This document shows positions 12,701 through 25,449 of a stretch of 64,000 nt of DNA, piece after piece. The first letter of the stretch is position 1. Each line of letters begins with the position of its first letter. Origin of the DNA: Guillardia theta CCMP2712. Lineage: Eukaryota; Protista; Cryptophyta. The stretch covers positions 286,126 through 350,125 of the forward strand of contig NW_005434592.1 in NCBI RefSeq assembly GCF_000315625.1, written 5' to 3'. The notes beneath the pieces were generated by a model. It was not told the origin of the DNA. It saw nothing but the letters and a program-made list of their open reading frames with translations, and did no database searches. Position numbers and translations under genes: made by a program.

Positions 12701-13181
12701 CACGAGGTCCCGCAAGCTCGATGGCACGAGAGAATGAGCAGATGGCGTCTTCGAACTTGCCCTCCTTGAACGACTTGTTTCCCTCCTCCTTGAGTTGGGT
12801 TGCTTGCAACATCTTCTGCATTCTCCCCTCCTCCTCCTCCTGTGCTGATGACTTGTGAGCTGGCGGCGCCTCCAAGTCCTTCGGTCGCGAAGACGAGATC
12901 GGCGTCGGGCCATGCTGGCCGATCTCGATGGTCAAGACTTCCTGCACTCTTCCTCCTCCTCGACATATTTCAAGAGAGTGTGACGAGTTCTCAGCATCGT
13001 CCAACGCCATGATCGCGTCCTCGGCGTTCCTGATCTTCTTTCCATCAATGGACAGAATGGTGTCGTCCTCCTTTAGCTCGTCACTCCGTCTTGATCTGCA
13101 ATTGGATACCCTGACCGCACCATCGATGGTGGTCAGTGAGAAGTGAAACTTAGAACTGTTTGCCGTGATCGCTGTTACCAT
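9792..13181 (-). CDS. SPAG1/RPAP3-like co-chaperone: PDZ-like N-terminus, three TPR domains, RPAP3_C domain
   Basis: Three carboxylate-clamp-type TPR sets (LKEEGNKSF..YSNRAAAY; LTEEGKKAF..SRSSAL; KKLEGIKAF..LNRSAAN). The C-terminal PPSNGREFLRRWKSL..LFKTEMDADLI..QRFSLISRFLS matches RPAP3_C. Stop at 9792. An acceptor-like site near 13198 suggests further upstream exons. Confidence 0.8.
12197..12280 (+). repeat. Intronic 21-bp tandem repeat x4 (GGAGGAGAAGAGAGCAGGTAA)
   Basis: Four exact copies read directly. Confidence 0.95.
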
Positions 13182-14289
13182 CTTGACCCTTCCCGATCTG
13201 TGCAAACAAGTTGTCAGGGTATTGAAATGAGGAGATTGGGGAGTATGAAAAAAATGATATATCATTACAATCATATCTCATAAGGTGTTGACGCATAGGG
13301 GGGGGGTCAATGGTGCAAGGGACTGCTGATCACATGGCAGGTAGCAAACAAACAAGAGATTGAAACAAAATTTATGTCTATTTGAATGTTCTCAAACCAA
13401 ATGAGTGCATTTGCTGTCCGCCCTCCTTCTCCCTCCCCACTTATCCCATCTTAAACTCCTTGCCTCGCTTTGCCCCGTCTGGCTACCTCTCTCCCTTCCC
13501 CGCTCTCCTCACCCAACCTCCCTCACTCCTCGCTCGAGCTATCGTGCTCTCTCCTCTCCTGCTCTCCTGCTCTCCTGCTCTGTCCTGCGTTCTCCTGCCA
13601 TACTCCTCCATCGCCTCGCCTCTGCTCTGGCTCGGGCACCCATGGCATGTTTCAACGCAAACGAATTCGCTCATCACCCCACCCTTGCCTTGGAGCTCTT
13701 GAATACCGGTGATGGTAATTCGGATACCCCATTGGAACAAGGGGAAAGTACCGGTACTCAAATTTCCGAGTGGGGTTGGTGAATTTGAGATGGTCAATGG
13801 CGTTGAGGTTGGTCGAGGGCGAGGATGGGCGAGGGGGATGGAAGGAGAAGGATAAGGAGGATGATGAAGATGATAGAGAACTGACATGTATGAGGAAGAA
13901 GAGGGGAAACTTGAAGGACGTAAGAGAGCTGAACAGCAGATACTGCTGGAGATCAAGAATTAACAGATTGATTTGCATGACATTGTTGTCTTGAGAATAG
14001 CTCACCTGAGCTTCTTCATGTTGATGATTGCCTCCAATTTCACAATTTTTTGGTGTTTTGGTTCTTGTGTGCGTGTTTATTTCATCATTTCTATACGTAT
14101 TCTCCTTGTTTTCACCTTGTCTATTTATTCTTGTACGTGAAATGCGCTGGATTGCATGGGCTCGATGCACTGCACAATGGAAGAGAACATAACGAATGCT
14201 GTGAAGAATGCAAGCAGTCTCTTTTTTGTTTGAACATGGAAATGTGCAGGAAGACGATGGAAGGAGGATCGATCGTATCATCTCATGCC

Positions 14290-15090
14290 ATGGTTCATGC
14301 GTATGACACAGCTGCTGCAAGCTTGAGTTATGACCCGGAGCTTGTCGCCTCTGAACAAGCATCTGCATACCTTCCTGTAACCAGTAGCAGGCAGAGAGCT
14401 TGTAACTTTCCTTACTATGACTCTCAGGAAACGCAACGTAACCAGGAGAGGTCGAAGTTTGCTCAGCTGGACTCTATCCGATCGTGGTTCAATGACGAAC
14501 TTGACAAGTTAGAAAAGCGAAGAGACAAGGGGCTGTTCACACAAGATCAAGTGTGTTGCATGTAAATGCTGTATGTCGCTGATGCAGTTTGCACGCAGCT
14601 TGACTCAGAAGTTGCTCTTCTGATCAAAGAGCGAGACTTGAAGCTGAACTGGTTATCTTCCAAGAACGATGGAGGTCGAGGGTGCTATCGTGCCAACAAG
14701 CGCAGGCGCGGAACGAATGACGTGAGTAGCTTGACATGAATCAGTGTGGATGTACTCTATTCATTGTGATGTGCAGAATCATATTGTATCCACCACTGAA
14801 GGATTGCCCGAAGAAGTTTCTCGCCCTGCTTGTACACAGGATGTGATTCCAGTAGCGTACAGCATGATTACGTGACATGCTTGCTCTGCTGATTGCAGCT
14901 GCTTATTCCTCCTCGTCCTAGCAGGCAAGGGGCATGTCTGCCATCCATGGTCACTTGGTGGATTCCTCCATTACGATCCCGGCATGACGTGAGCGGTCCT
15001 TTTGACCTGCTGCTGTCTGATCATTGTCCAGCACTCGATGCTGTCAGATTTCATGCTCAAGTCCCGGAGACGGAGAAGCGCAGATAGCAG
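14290..15090 (+). CDS. Hypothetical multi-exon protein
   Basis: ORF ...KFAQLDSIRSWFNDELDKLEKRRDKGLFTQDQ continues across a short GT-AG intron into LDSEVALLIKERDLKLNWL; ends uncertain. Confidence 0.4.
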
Positions 15091-15896
15091 AGTTATGCAC
15101 CCAGGTAGTCTCGGATCCCCTTGATGTCAGATGACTCTGTGCAACAGGCTCGGGCAAGAGAGGACGTGACAAACGATGTGCAAGGCAATTTAGGTAGGAA
15201 AGCAGAACGGGATTGGGAGGAGGGCCAAAGAGCAGGGGCTGGAATTAAAGTTTTGGTCGCAGGTTTAAGTGGGATGTCATCAAAACTTATGAGACCTACC
15301 GGATGCTCAAAGCTGAGGGGAAGGTCGACGATCCATGCCTGGTCAGTTCACAGAGCTCCACCTCAGTTCTCCGAGACTCAATTACCTTTGTCCTCAGATT
15401 ACAGCGAAGTTGTTCAATGTGAACAAATCTCAAGTCAGCTCGTGGTACAAGCAGCGAGAGATGATTCGTGAAAAGGTAGCTATGCAGTGATGTTCGCGAG
15501 GCATTCTTAGCTTTGTTCAGCTCGGAGAGTTGGGAGCTGTAAATATTTCTTTGGACTCGGACAGCATGGTGAACAACCTATGAACAACTTGTGTTTTGAA
15601 TTCCTCTGTTCTCCTATACTTCTCCCCATCCCTCCCTTGCTCATTTCGTCAATGAGACTTTTGCAGGGACATGAGCTGACGTGTTCATCGGCGGTGGAGC
15701 GGTCTGCTGGGTGAGGATAGAGATTTTTACTGAGCTATTTCACACCTTACTATTGTGTTCTCAGTGGCACGTCAGATATGAGCATGATTTGAAGATTAGT
15801 CTTTTTTGCACGACCACATTCTCGTACTGTATTTACACCATTGTATGCAAAAATGAAAGAATATACATTGTATGTTTGAGGTACTGAGCTGACCAA

Positions 15897-16500
15897 TTAT
15901 TTTAACCTGTTCATGACGTCTTCGAGCCGATGATCCTGCTCCATCGCTTTTCGAATCTGAGCAACGTGAATCCTGAACATCTCTCCATCTTCCTTCAACC
16001 CGAAGCGAACGGCGAGGCATGCAGGAATCCCATCTCCTTCCCCGCAGACGACTGGCGACTGATGTGTTTGCAAGGAAGTGTCACCATTGCCGAAATAGTT
16101 GGCGAAGATCTCTCCAGCCGTGGGGAGAATAATTGTCGTGCGTACATAGGGTGGCTTGTTCTTGCAACTGTCATCTTGACAGTCATCGATGCCTTCATCC
16201 CAATCCCTGCTTTCAAAGCTAAACGAGATGGAGCGTTTCAGCATGACCAAGAACCCGCAAGTCTGAGAAGACTCAAATTCTCGTTCTAGGGACAAGACTA
16301 TCCTGTAGCAGCAAGAGGCCCTCTACCAACTCAGTAAAGCTTGACAGAGGAAAATGGCGAATTGCTGTTCAGTGTTGCAGGCAACTGTAGATGCTGACAC
16401 GCTGCGCCAGCACCTATACAATCAGCTTCCCTTCAAGCTCATGGCGATTCTGCACCTCAGATAGCAGCACCCGCTCCTCGTCTTGCCTGGACGCATCCTC
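15897..16500 (-). CDS. Hypothetical protein (exon chain, no recognised domain)
   Basis: 132-aa ORF flanked by plausible splice sites; no recognisable motif. Confidence 0.3.
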
Positions 16501-16979
16501 CCTCCTCGTACTCCTACTCCCGTAAACTTTGAACGCTCCGTGGTACAGGTACCCCTTGGACTTGGTTCTCGAATGATTTGTACCCCCTCCAACAACACAA
16601 AAAACTCGAGGAAGGGGTGGGTATATTCCGAGCTGAACCTACCCCCGAAAAGGTTTACGTACCAACAATTATGACATCGATTTTCTGTTTTTACATCAAC
16701 CAGTTTTTAAAACTATGCTCGTCAGGTCCACCCCTGCATTGCCCTGTCTTTTAACCCCCTGCCATACTACCGTGTGTTCCCTTTTAAAAAAAACTTTACA
16801 GAAGATGTACCGAAACTGACGATTATAAAACTTTAGTACCGTCGAAATTGTTATCTGAATGATTAAAGAGTACCAGTTCAATCTAAATCGTTTTTGAGTT
16901 AAGCCTGTAAATCAGTTTTAGATTTCTGCCTATTCACCCACCTCCCTTCTCCCTTGCTCGGACCCCTATCTTCCTCAGC

Positions 16980-17220
16980 ACCCCGTTGGGCCGCGCCGTG
17001 ACTCCCGCGTGACGCACTGCGGCAGCGCGCGAGTATGCGAGTCGCTTTTTTTAACTTAACTTTGAGTAAATGAAAGACAACGCCGGGTCCGGGCCTTTAA
17101 TTGTCATCCAGGGCCGGGCCCTCCGGAGTCCGGGCTGCCGGGCCAGTCCGAAGTCACCGGACCATCACATCACTCAAATGATGACTTAACACGGTTGCTG
17201 ACGCTCAGTCCGAGGTGTTG
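16980..17220. repeat. GC-rich intergenic island containing ACTTTGAGTAAA
   Basis: CCGG/GGGCC-rich patch; motif at 17059-17070. Confidence 0.6.
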
Positions 17221-18090
17221 ACTCTGCACTACCCGTCCTTTACATAATGTCTACTACCCGTCCTTTTACATATATTATCGGATTTGTGTGTTACTTTTCG
17301 CACCCGTACTTTCAACCCTTAAAGTGGGGGTACTCATCGCTGGCCCCCTCGGAAGTACCGAAGTTGTATGGGTGGGGTCAACCAATGGCAAGGTCGACGA
17401 TCGTGGTGCTGCCGTCCTGTGGTACAGAAGTTGCCTTCACGAAGGGGTAGGGTAGTACCAATATCCAGGGGAGGGGTTGAAATCTTTTGTGCTCCACCCA
17501 CCTGCCTGTACTCATTGAACCCCACCCCATCCCACAAACCGTACCCCACCCCACCCCACGGTCTCTGGAATCGTGTCAAAATTGGTTTGGACCCCTGTAT
17601 GATCTGAGAATTGAAGAGGTCGTGATAGCCATGGAGAGAAAGAGGGGGGTGGCGGGGGGGAGGAGGGGATGGGGGGTAATAATACCTTTGTGCAGGGGTA
17701 GATGAGGTACAATAGCGGGGTAATTACAATGGAGGGTGGTACAGGTATACAATTCGGTCTTATCTGATGGCCTAGAGAGAGGTGTTAGGAAATGGTCCTG
17801 GTACAACAGGAGGCTCAACCTCAGGAGCAAAGGTGGGTGGTGAATTGGTCATCAGGGGGTCTTGGTGGTAGGGTACAAATCAAGCATTGGGTAATAAAAC
17901 GTGGGTAGTGAATTTTGGAGGGTAGGGAGAGGGGGTGGTGGGATAACAAGAATAGTAGGAGAATGGGGGGCTATCACAGGGGTACGGTTTAGGATTTGGG
18001 GTCCGAATAGGGGGTAGGTATCTGAAATGCATCTACGACGACTCATCCCTGAAATGATCCAACAAACATAACATGTTCAAACGAGGATGA

Positions 18091-18159
18091 GAGGCATCAA
18101 CACCCAAACATAACGTTGCATGCAAGAGGCATCAACACCCAAACATAACGTTGCATGCA
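18091..18159 (+). repeat. 35-bp tandem duplication
   Basis: GAGGCATCAACACCCAAACATAACGTTGCATGCA twice. Confidence 0.9.
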
Positions 18160-18392
18160 TGTAAGCTGAAGAATAAGGGGAATACTAATCACATGTTCTA
18201 TCAAGCAATGTCAACAGTATGTGAGATAAGATCAATGACAAGTACAGGCAGCAGCTAATGAATGCCTTCCCAGACAGCCGCCACACCAGTCACTCGAGAA
18301 CCAAACACAATCACAGCGATGAAAATACAATTTTCATGCACATGAAACAAATGTATTCGATTCCATTTCAGTTACCTACCTAGACACTTCAC

Positions 18393-18491
18393 TATGTTGT
18401 TGCTGCAATATTATTACCACACCTCTGATCGACTAGGCCGCAGTATGTTGTTGCTGCAATTATTACCACATCTCTGATCGACTAGGCCGCA
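18393..18491 (+). repeat. ~50-bp tandem duplication
   Basis: TATGTTGTTGCTGCAAT..TATTACCACA.CTCTGATCGACTAGGCCGCA twice. Confidence 0.9.
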
Positions 18492-19954
18492 TCGTGCCAC
18501 GTGATCGCTAAGCCCGGCTCATTGCTTTGATAGCTTTTTTCTCATGCTTGCTGCCTGTGTGCAATTATGCTTGATTTCAGAACACACCACAATTCACCTT
18601 CACAAAGTGAGCATACTTAGTCGCATCAGCAACATAATCGCTTGCATGTAGGAACTTTTTATCAAACGTGCTGACGTCTCGACCAGGGACTTGAAGATTT
18701 TTCTTTCGCTGGGAGTTTGCATTACCTGCATATCTGTTGGCTCTTCGGTTCAAGCGCACACATGCCTGTAATGGAGTTTGCAGAGACCGACTTCAGGATT
18801 CCTCTCTTTCATCACTGCTGCAACTCGTCTGATTCAGATCAGCAAGCACGTGCAGAATATAACAGGTTAATAGGAGAGATGCTAGAGCGTGAGGCTCATC
18901 TAGACGAGAACATGTCAAAGAACCATCTCTTCGTCCAAGGGTTTAGTCTCAACAGTGAAGAGAGTCAGCATTGTGGTAATTCTTGCAGGCCCCTCCTGCA
19001 TTCAGTATGATGGATCTTCATTCAGACAAGGGAATTTTCTCTTGAAAAATATCTGTGTATTGTTAAAGTGAGCTGTGACAAAATGATGCAAATTAGACTG
19101 GAAAGAAATCATTTTCTTTCTAGGCAAATTCTCTAATAAGTGTAAATTAAATGTTCATTGGGGTCTCTCTGCAATCGCTTTTTGTCTGATTACTCTCAGA
19201 TAGATCTGTTTGCATTTTATTCTGCAGGTCAACTTAGATGATTTTTGTGCTCATCCAAATTATGCAGTTGAAAGAGAATCTGTCTACATCACATGCAGAA
19301 ACCAAGCAATTTTTTTTGTGCCAAGGTAATATGGAAGTAATCTATATGCTGCAAATGCAACGCAGATTGTTGATCAGATTAGTTGGGTGCATTCTTTTCT
19401 TTCTTCAATTCAAGCAGGGCTGTCAAGACGACCTGATAATCTTGTTAGTTTGCAAATGTTGACCCCACAACACTAGCTTCTGCTTTTCATCTGCTTTCTC
19501 ACATTTTCCATCTTGCCTATCACCAACTTTTTCCGCTCTCCTTCCTTCCTGCCCTGAAACGCTCAAAAGCTAGCTAGCTCCTGCGCTCCTTCTCCTTGGT
19601 CTCACACCCTTAATCGCTTCCTTGTTCCCTCCCGCGACTATGATTACCTGATCATCGGGATCCGAATCCAGCACCCTCATAAGAGCCCCCTATTACCGTT
19701 CATCGTGACAAGAATAAACAAAAGCCGAGCAGTACAAACCTCCGCAGCCTCAGTATCTTTGAGATGTTTCCACAAAAACATGCCGTACTGATACATAGCA
19801 TCCTGTGAGTGCCTCAGTAACATATTCACAGAATTCAATTGTAAGACTCGGCAAATTCTCTTCTACAAGACAATGAGGAAGAAGCTCTTCTCTACTCACC
19901 AGATCATCAGGATTCTTCTGTATCAAGTCTTCATACATCTCTGACATGGCCTGT

Positions 19955-21061
19955 TCATTCGAGATTCATCTCGGGGGTACTAGGAATCTTGGTCGTTACC
20001 TTCACTCCCACTAGGTCACACAGCATTTCTCTTCCTTCGTCGCCGATGAAAAGCTCTTTGTGAACATAAAAGTTATGACCCTTGGCCTTATCATGTAATC
20101 AGACGGAAAGAATTTTCACGCGAGCAGTAAGATTACTTTGAACGTGGCGAATGGCATGCTACTAATCTGCACATCTTCTGCAAAGAATCGAGTGGTACGA
20201 ATCCCACCAGTCAATAGAGGCGTCTCAGCCTGCAGCATTCAGTCATGCCACGTTGAAGCATTATTTTCTCCCTCCCCTCACCTCAAAAGATTTGTCTGCC
20301 AGCCGCTTCAACCTCAGCACATATGGCGAGGTTATAAGATGCAGAAGGCCAGTTGTCGAAGCTCCGAAGATCACAATTGCAGCTGCCATTCCCCACTGCA
20401 TGGCGGAGGCCGAAGCATCTCCAATGACAAGAAGAGGTCCTCCAAAGCTGGTGAAGCAGAGAGAGAAGAGAGACAAGAACTTCACGCGCTTCACTCCAAG
20501 AGCGAACGCCCCTTGGTACACGAAGGACTTGTCAACTGTTCCAAACTCATGAGAACGCAAGAAATCAAAGATCTGTTGCTCCTGTGCTGTATTCCATCGG
20601 ATTTCAGGCAGTCCTCGATCATTGAGCACACGGAAGATGCCCGGTACTTCTTTGGCAAGCTCGTGCTCGAGCACGTCCATCGTCTGCTCCAGGCACACGA
20701 GAAAGCGCTTGCTACGGTTGATCTTGACCGTCTGCGGCTTCATGCTGCCAGACAGCATTAGGAACATGGTCTCAAGATCTTCATTCTTGCTGTCTCCAGC
20801 TTTATCCGCTGATCTTGAGGAGCTTTGGTGTCGCGTGGATGATGCAACGGGAGCGCAGGCAGAAGCAACACGCATGATCGGCGCAGCTGAAAAGAGGGAG
20901 AAGCGGTGGGCTTTGAAGAGAGAAGACATGCCCTTTTGGATTCCAATTGGTTTCATCTGCACAGTAGCCGCGTGTATCTTTGACGAGAGGGAAATGGATC
21001 GGGAGAAGGTCAGAGCAGAGGCGGAGTAGCAAGGGGTGTAAGCTCTGTGACGAGCAGACAT
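19955..21061 (-). CDS. TMEM70-family mitochondrial membrane protein (ATP synthase assembly factor-like)
   Basis: Basic, Ser-rich presequence, then VKRVKFLSLFS..TM..TM..TTGLLHLITSPYVLRL|AET..TTRFFAEDV..PFATFK|AKGHNFYVH, the TMEM70 layout; two short introns; stop at 19955. Confidence 0.75.
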
Positions 21062-22930
21062 TTTGAAGGGGGAGGAGAAGATGAAGCGGAGAGAAAGAGT
21101 GTATGACGGATGAGAAGAAGAAGAGCGATAGAATATCGAGGGGGGTGCCATTGTCAGGCCTCGAGCCGCTGCTGCTGCTGCTTCTCTCAAGGTTGTTGGT
21201 CCCCGCATTGCGGCGCCCTCGGTCAGCAATACAGCGAGGTGGGGTGATGGATTCATGGGGTACTACATGTTGATTTACCCAAATGTGACTCAAAAGGGTG
21301 GGTACAAGTATGAGAAAAGACTGGTATTAGCAACATTTCAATGTATTCCAGGGTGGGTGGTGATTTTCTGTGGGAGAAAGGGGGGTGGGCTCTTAGAAGC
21401 TGAAGTCCGGGGCCCGTTGGGCCCGGCAACCTGTTTACTCAAAGTTGGGTTGCAAGAACTGGTCTTCCATCATTCTGGATAACGGGTTCTGACCTCTCAA
21501 CTACCGGAACCATTGGCGTCCCTCACTTGGATTGAAGAGAGTTGGCGCATTGTAAAGGAGACATGTTTTACCCCCTAAGAAATCACAACTGAAATAACAG
21601 ATATTTTCTTTGCATAAGGTGATATCAATCTCATGTGTACGCCATTATCCCTTGGCATAACAATTTCATGCAGAGTGGTTGAAATCGTAATTAATTTGAG
21701 AAGCAGAAGGGAAATGTTTAGAAACACCCCTGTCATTTTGTGTTTATCGCACAAATATTTGGAAAAATCGTGAAAATCAGGACCCTTGGGCAGAAATACC
21801 CTCATTGCAACCCTATAAAAGGACCCACCCCTCGGGTTGATGCAGTAGGTACCTTTCAACGCCCACCTCCAATTGGGGACTTGCCTTATCATGCTCCGTT
21901 CGGGACCCCAGAGGTTGGGTAACACCCTTCGCTTCTTCAATTAGAAGTATTGCTATAAAAATGCACATCCTTGCCACTTTCCCACCCGACAATACCCGTG
22001 GTGAGCCATAACTACCCACCCCCACCCACCCCTGGACCAGCTTGAAGGGCTTTGCAGGCCTGCCGCAACCCACCATGATTCGGGAGATGATGGGTTGGAA
22101 CAGGCGAGCATGGAGGACTACAGACAGAGAGACATGCTGTTCGGTTAGTTAGACGAGTGTCAGAGAGATCGACGAGAAAAGAGGCGAGATGATTCATGAT
22201 TGGTGCTTGAAGATTGATAGGAAGAAGACAGGGAGGGATAGGTGAGGAGCGGAAATGGTAGGATAAGTTTCGGTGAAGTAGGCCATTGGTCTTTCAAGTA
22301 TCCAGGCAGACAAGAGAAGTTTCCAAGACGACTGGACGACGTACGAGGGGCATGAAAGATGCAAAACAGCAAGTGTCACAGAAGAAGTGAGCTGGTCAGA
22401 GGTTGGAGCCGAGCGAATACGTGACTGGATGGGGCTTATTGCTCTTAGACAAGAAGGAAGGAGAAGTGCGAAGAATTCTATGAAATTTTGTGAGAGGTCA
22501 AGTAGCATCTGATGCAGCAATCAGGTGAGAGGTGACAAGGAAGTGATATTCATCGAGAAATGTAATTTTTAAGCTTAGAATCAAATTCGACTCGCTTTGT
22601 AGCAAGGATAAGGGAAAATGAGCGGGAAAGCACTGCAATACAGCCAGAGCTATCTGAATGAGATTCGATGAACATGAGGTTCAGGAAGAAAAGCAAGATG
22701 ATGATCAACTTGCAAACTATGAAGGAAAAGCAATCGGCAAGGCCCATGGGTATGCTAGGTCTTGAATAGGCACCCATTGTGAGATACAAACTGTATAATT
22801 CAGTGTGAATGTCGTGACCTGCTCTGATTTGCGAAGTCTGAACAGCCTTTTTTGAACAGAAATATCTCAGTAGGCAAGTTTTGCTTTCTCAAGAACCGTC
22901 GGCGATAGAAACTGAAAAACAGGTGTTGCC

Positions 22931-24535
22931 ATGAACTGGCAACACCCAAGGATTGATCCTTATGGATCTTACGTTGACCCATATGGGCATGGAGGGATGG
23001 ATTACATGCTTGGGATAAGTCAAGACGATCAACATTTTCTCTCTAGCGGCACCACACGCGAGTACGAGGAGCTAGCGAGGAGGAAGGCGGAGCACATGGA
23101 GGCCGCCGAGCACATCGCGCCGCAGCACAACCACCCCATGAATGCGGTCAGATCAAGCAGGTGTTGCTGTGGCATGGTCAAACACGGAATTCACTGACTG
23201 AACCTTGCAGATTGACAGAAAAGGTTCTCCGTGAACACTTCCACCTGCCTCTTGTCGATGTTGCAAGAAAGTTCGGAATGTGCACTACTGCGTGCGTTTT
23301 GTTTGCAACGCTGAGCATTTCTTGAGAATTTGGGTCAGGTTCAAAAAGCTTTGCCGCAAACAAGGAGTAATGCAGTGGCCGTGAGTCAACGCGCTTTCCA
23401 TGTGACGTTTGATTTATCGTTTCCATGTCTTCAGCCATCGAACGTTGCGCAGCCTCGAGAAGAAGATTGCTTCTCTCAGAGCTGAGCAAAAGTTTACAAA
23501 TGATCACAACTCAATCGAAGATCAGGCATTCTTGCTCAAGCACTAGCCAGTGACTCCGAATGACTAGATTTGTAGGTTAAAAAGTTGCAACAGAAAAGAG
23601 AAGCTATTCTGTCTGGTGGACTCGCAGCACTGGAAGGCGAAGAGCTGTTGGCTTCCACTTCTGATGACAGCAGCAGTGTTGACAGCAGAAGGTAACCAAT
23701 GAGGTGTTTTCTTCCTGTTGTTCTGACGGCGATGAAGCACCGCCTGTTCGGGGAATTCTTCTCCACGCGCTCACGATGTTCTGAGCAACCTGGCACTGGA
23801 CGACTCAAGTCGATATCCTGTTGTTCCTATCGGCATTCGTTTTATGCTCTTGGCTGACAGGCAGTGTCGGATCAAACTCTTCTCAACCAGAGGAACGTCA
23901 ACCTGCACGCTCGAGAAACTCCACTGAGAGATCAGAGGAGGTGAAGAGAATTTGTGGCAGACGATGAGTCTCACTAGTGTCTTTTAGGAAGCATTTAATG
24001 GTTCAGAAGCCCGCGATCACCCGTCGCTTATCGTAAAACCGAGCACCGAGTCATCAGCGCGACCGGAGAAGTTCGATGTGCGGGCACTACATAAGTGCTT
24101 CAATTAGCTGACAGTTTGACAGTTTTCCTTCGGAGGGGATTTCATGCAAAGGAACATGCCACGAGGGCGCGGGATGATGGCATTCCAAGACTATCACGAT
24201 CCCTACGGGTCAGCAGCCTGAGTTTGATTTGGCGGTACTCTGACTTGGCCTCTCCAGTCGCATGGGGCCTATGGGGCCGTACAGACCGCGGGAGGGGCCA
24301 ATGGTGGGTAGCAAGATCACAAGGGGATGCTAAAATAATGGATGCTGGCAGTTCGGGCCAGGACGAGGCATCCCGTACCCTCCAACCTCCGCCTACGCAC
24401 ATCCGATGCCCATGGCGGGTCACCATCCGGCCATGTTGGCTTGCAGAGAGCCATTCGTGCTAGCTTGTGACCGATGCTGTCAGGATGTGGTACGGAGATT
24501 TTGCAAGAGATTCTGGGGCACCCGACCAAAGGTGA
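22931..24535 (+). CDS. RWP-RK domain transcription factor
   Basis: Spliced domain IDRKVLREHFHLPLVDVARKFGMCTTA|FKKLCRKQGVMQWP|HRTLRSL, then a coiled coil and a Gly/Pro/Met-rich tail; 3' exons less certain. Confidence 0.85.
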
Positions 24536-24584
24536 GCCTCTACATCAACGCCAAGTTGTCAGGCTGACTGTGTGGAGAAGGACC

Positions 24585-25394
24585 ATGGCGGCCCTGTCCT
24601 CCGAGCATCCAGCTGTTCTACAGCAGCAAGTGCAAAGCTTGATGCTGGAGATTAGCAAGTTGTCATATGCTGCTATTTCCATTTGTACTGAATCGACTTG
24701 CAGCTTACATACTGTCGTACGAGCCATCACAAAAGAGAAGGACGAGTGGGCTCGGAAATGTGAACGTGAGGCGACATGCGACTGAGAGGGGAACTGGCAT
24801 GAGAGGATTGGACGCAGGAGCACTGGCTGAAGCCGAACACTTCCGAGAATCTTGTCATCAACTGGAGGCGCAACTTCAAGCTCTACAAGTGCAGGTGAAA
24901 AGATGAGAGCGAAATCGATGCATCTGAGAAGTGCGGTTGCAGGGGAGCAACAACTATCGCCAACGTGCTGAGGATAAGGTGAACGTCTTGGTTCCTCCCT
25001 CGTCGTTGACGTCTCGCAGGCCATTGACGAGATCTCACGTGACGTCAACGAAAGTCCGCCAGAGGTTACGAGGAGAACGGAAAATTTTGACAAGCTCACG
25101 ATGAGTGACAGGACGGGCGATGCAGTCAAGATCACCTTGACATCGGCAGCGCTTGCAAGGAAGAGACTGAGAGGCACCGGGTATCCTCGTGCTCCTCCTC
25201 GTCTGCTTCTCTCTCTGACACTCGATGGGATCAGGATGGACCGTCGCTCTCCGCTTCTGACTTGGACGCCGGCATGCACGCGCCATGGACCGACATTCAC
25301 CCCGATTGATCGCTTGCATCCTCTCCGAGCTTTCTTGTCCTCTTCATCTCCCTCTTCGTTGAGCTGCTCTATCAGAGGAGCCTCACGAGTGTGA
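24585..25394 (+). CDS. Hypothetical short coiled-coil protein
   Basis: MAALSSEHPAVLQQQVQSLMLEISK|..KEKDEWARKCE|..ESCHQLEAQLQALQVQ with short introns; end uncertain. Confidence 0.4.
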
Positions 25395-25449
25395 CTTACT
25401 TTGTTGTGTACTAGCTCTGCAACTGCTCATTGTCGTTCAAGAAACTTTA

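Noticed and set aside
18717-19947. Short ORFs at 18.7-19.9 kb
   Set aside because: No coherent exon chain or motif could be built; may be a weak gene or non-coding
21575-21940. 121-aa ORF as a transposon remnant
   Set aside because: No recognisable transposase or RT motif, TIR or TSD
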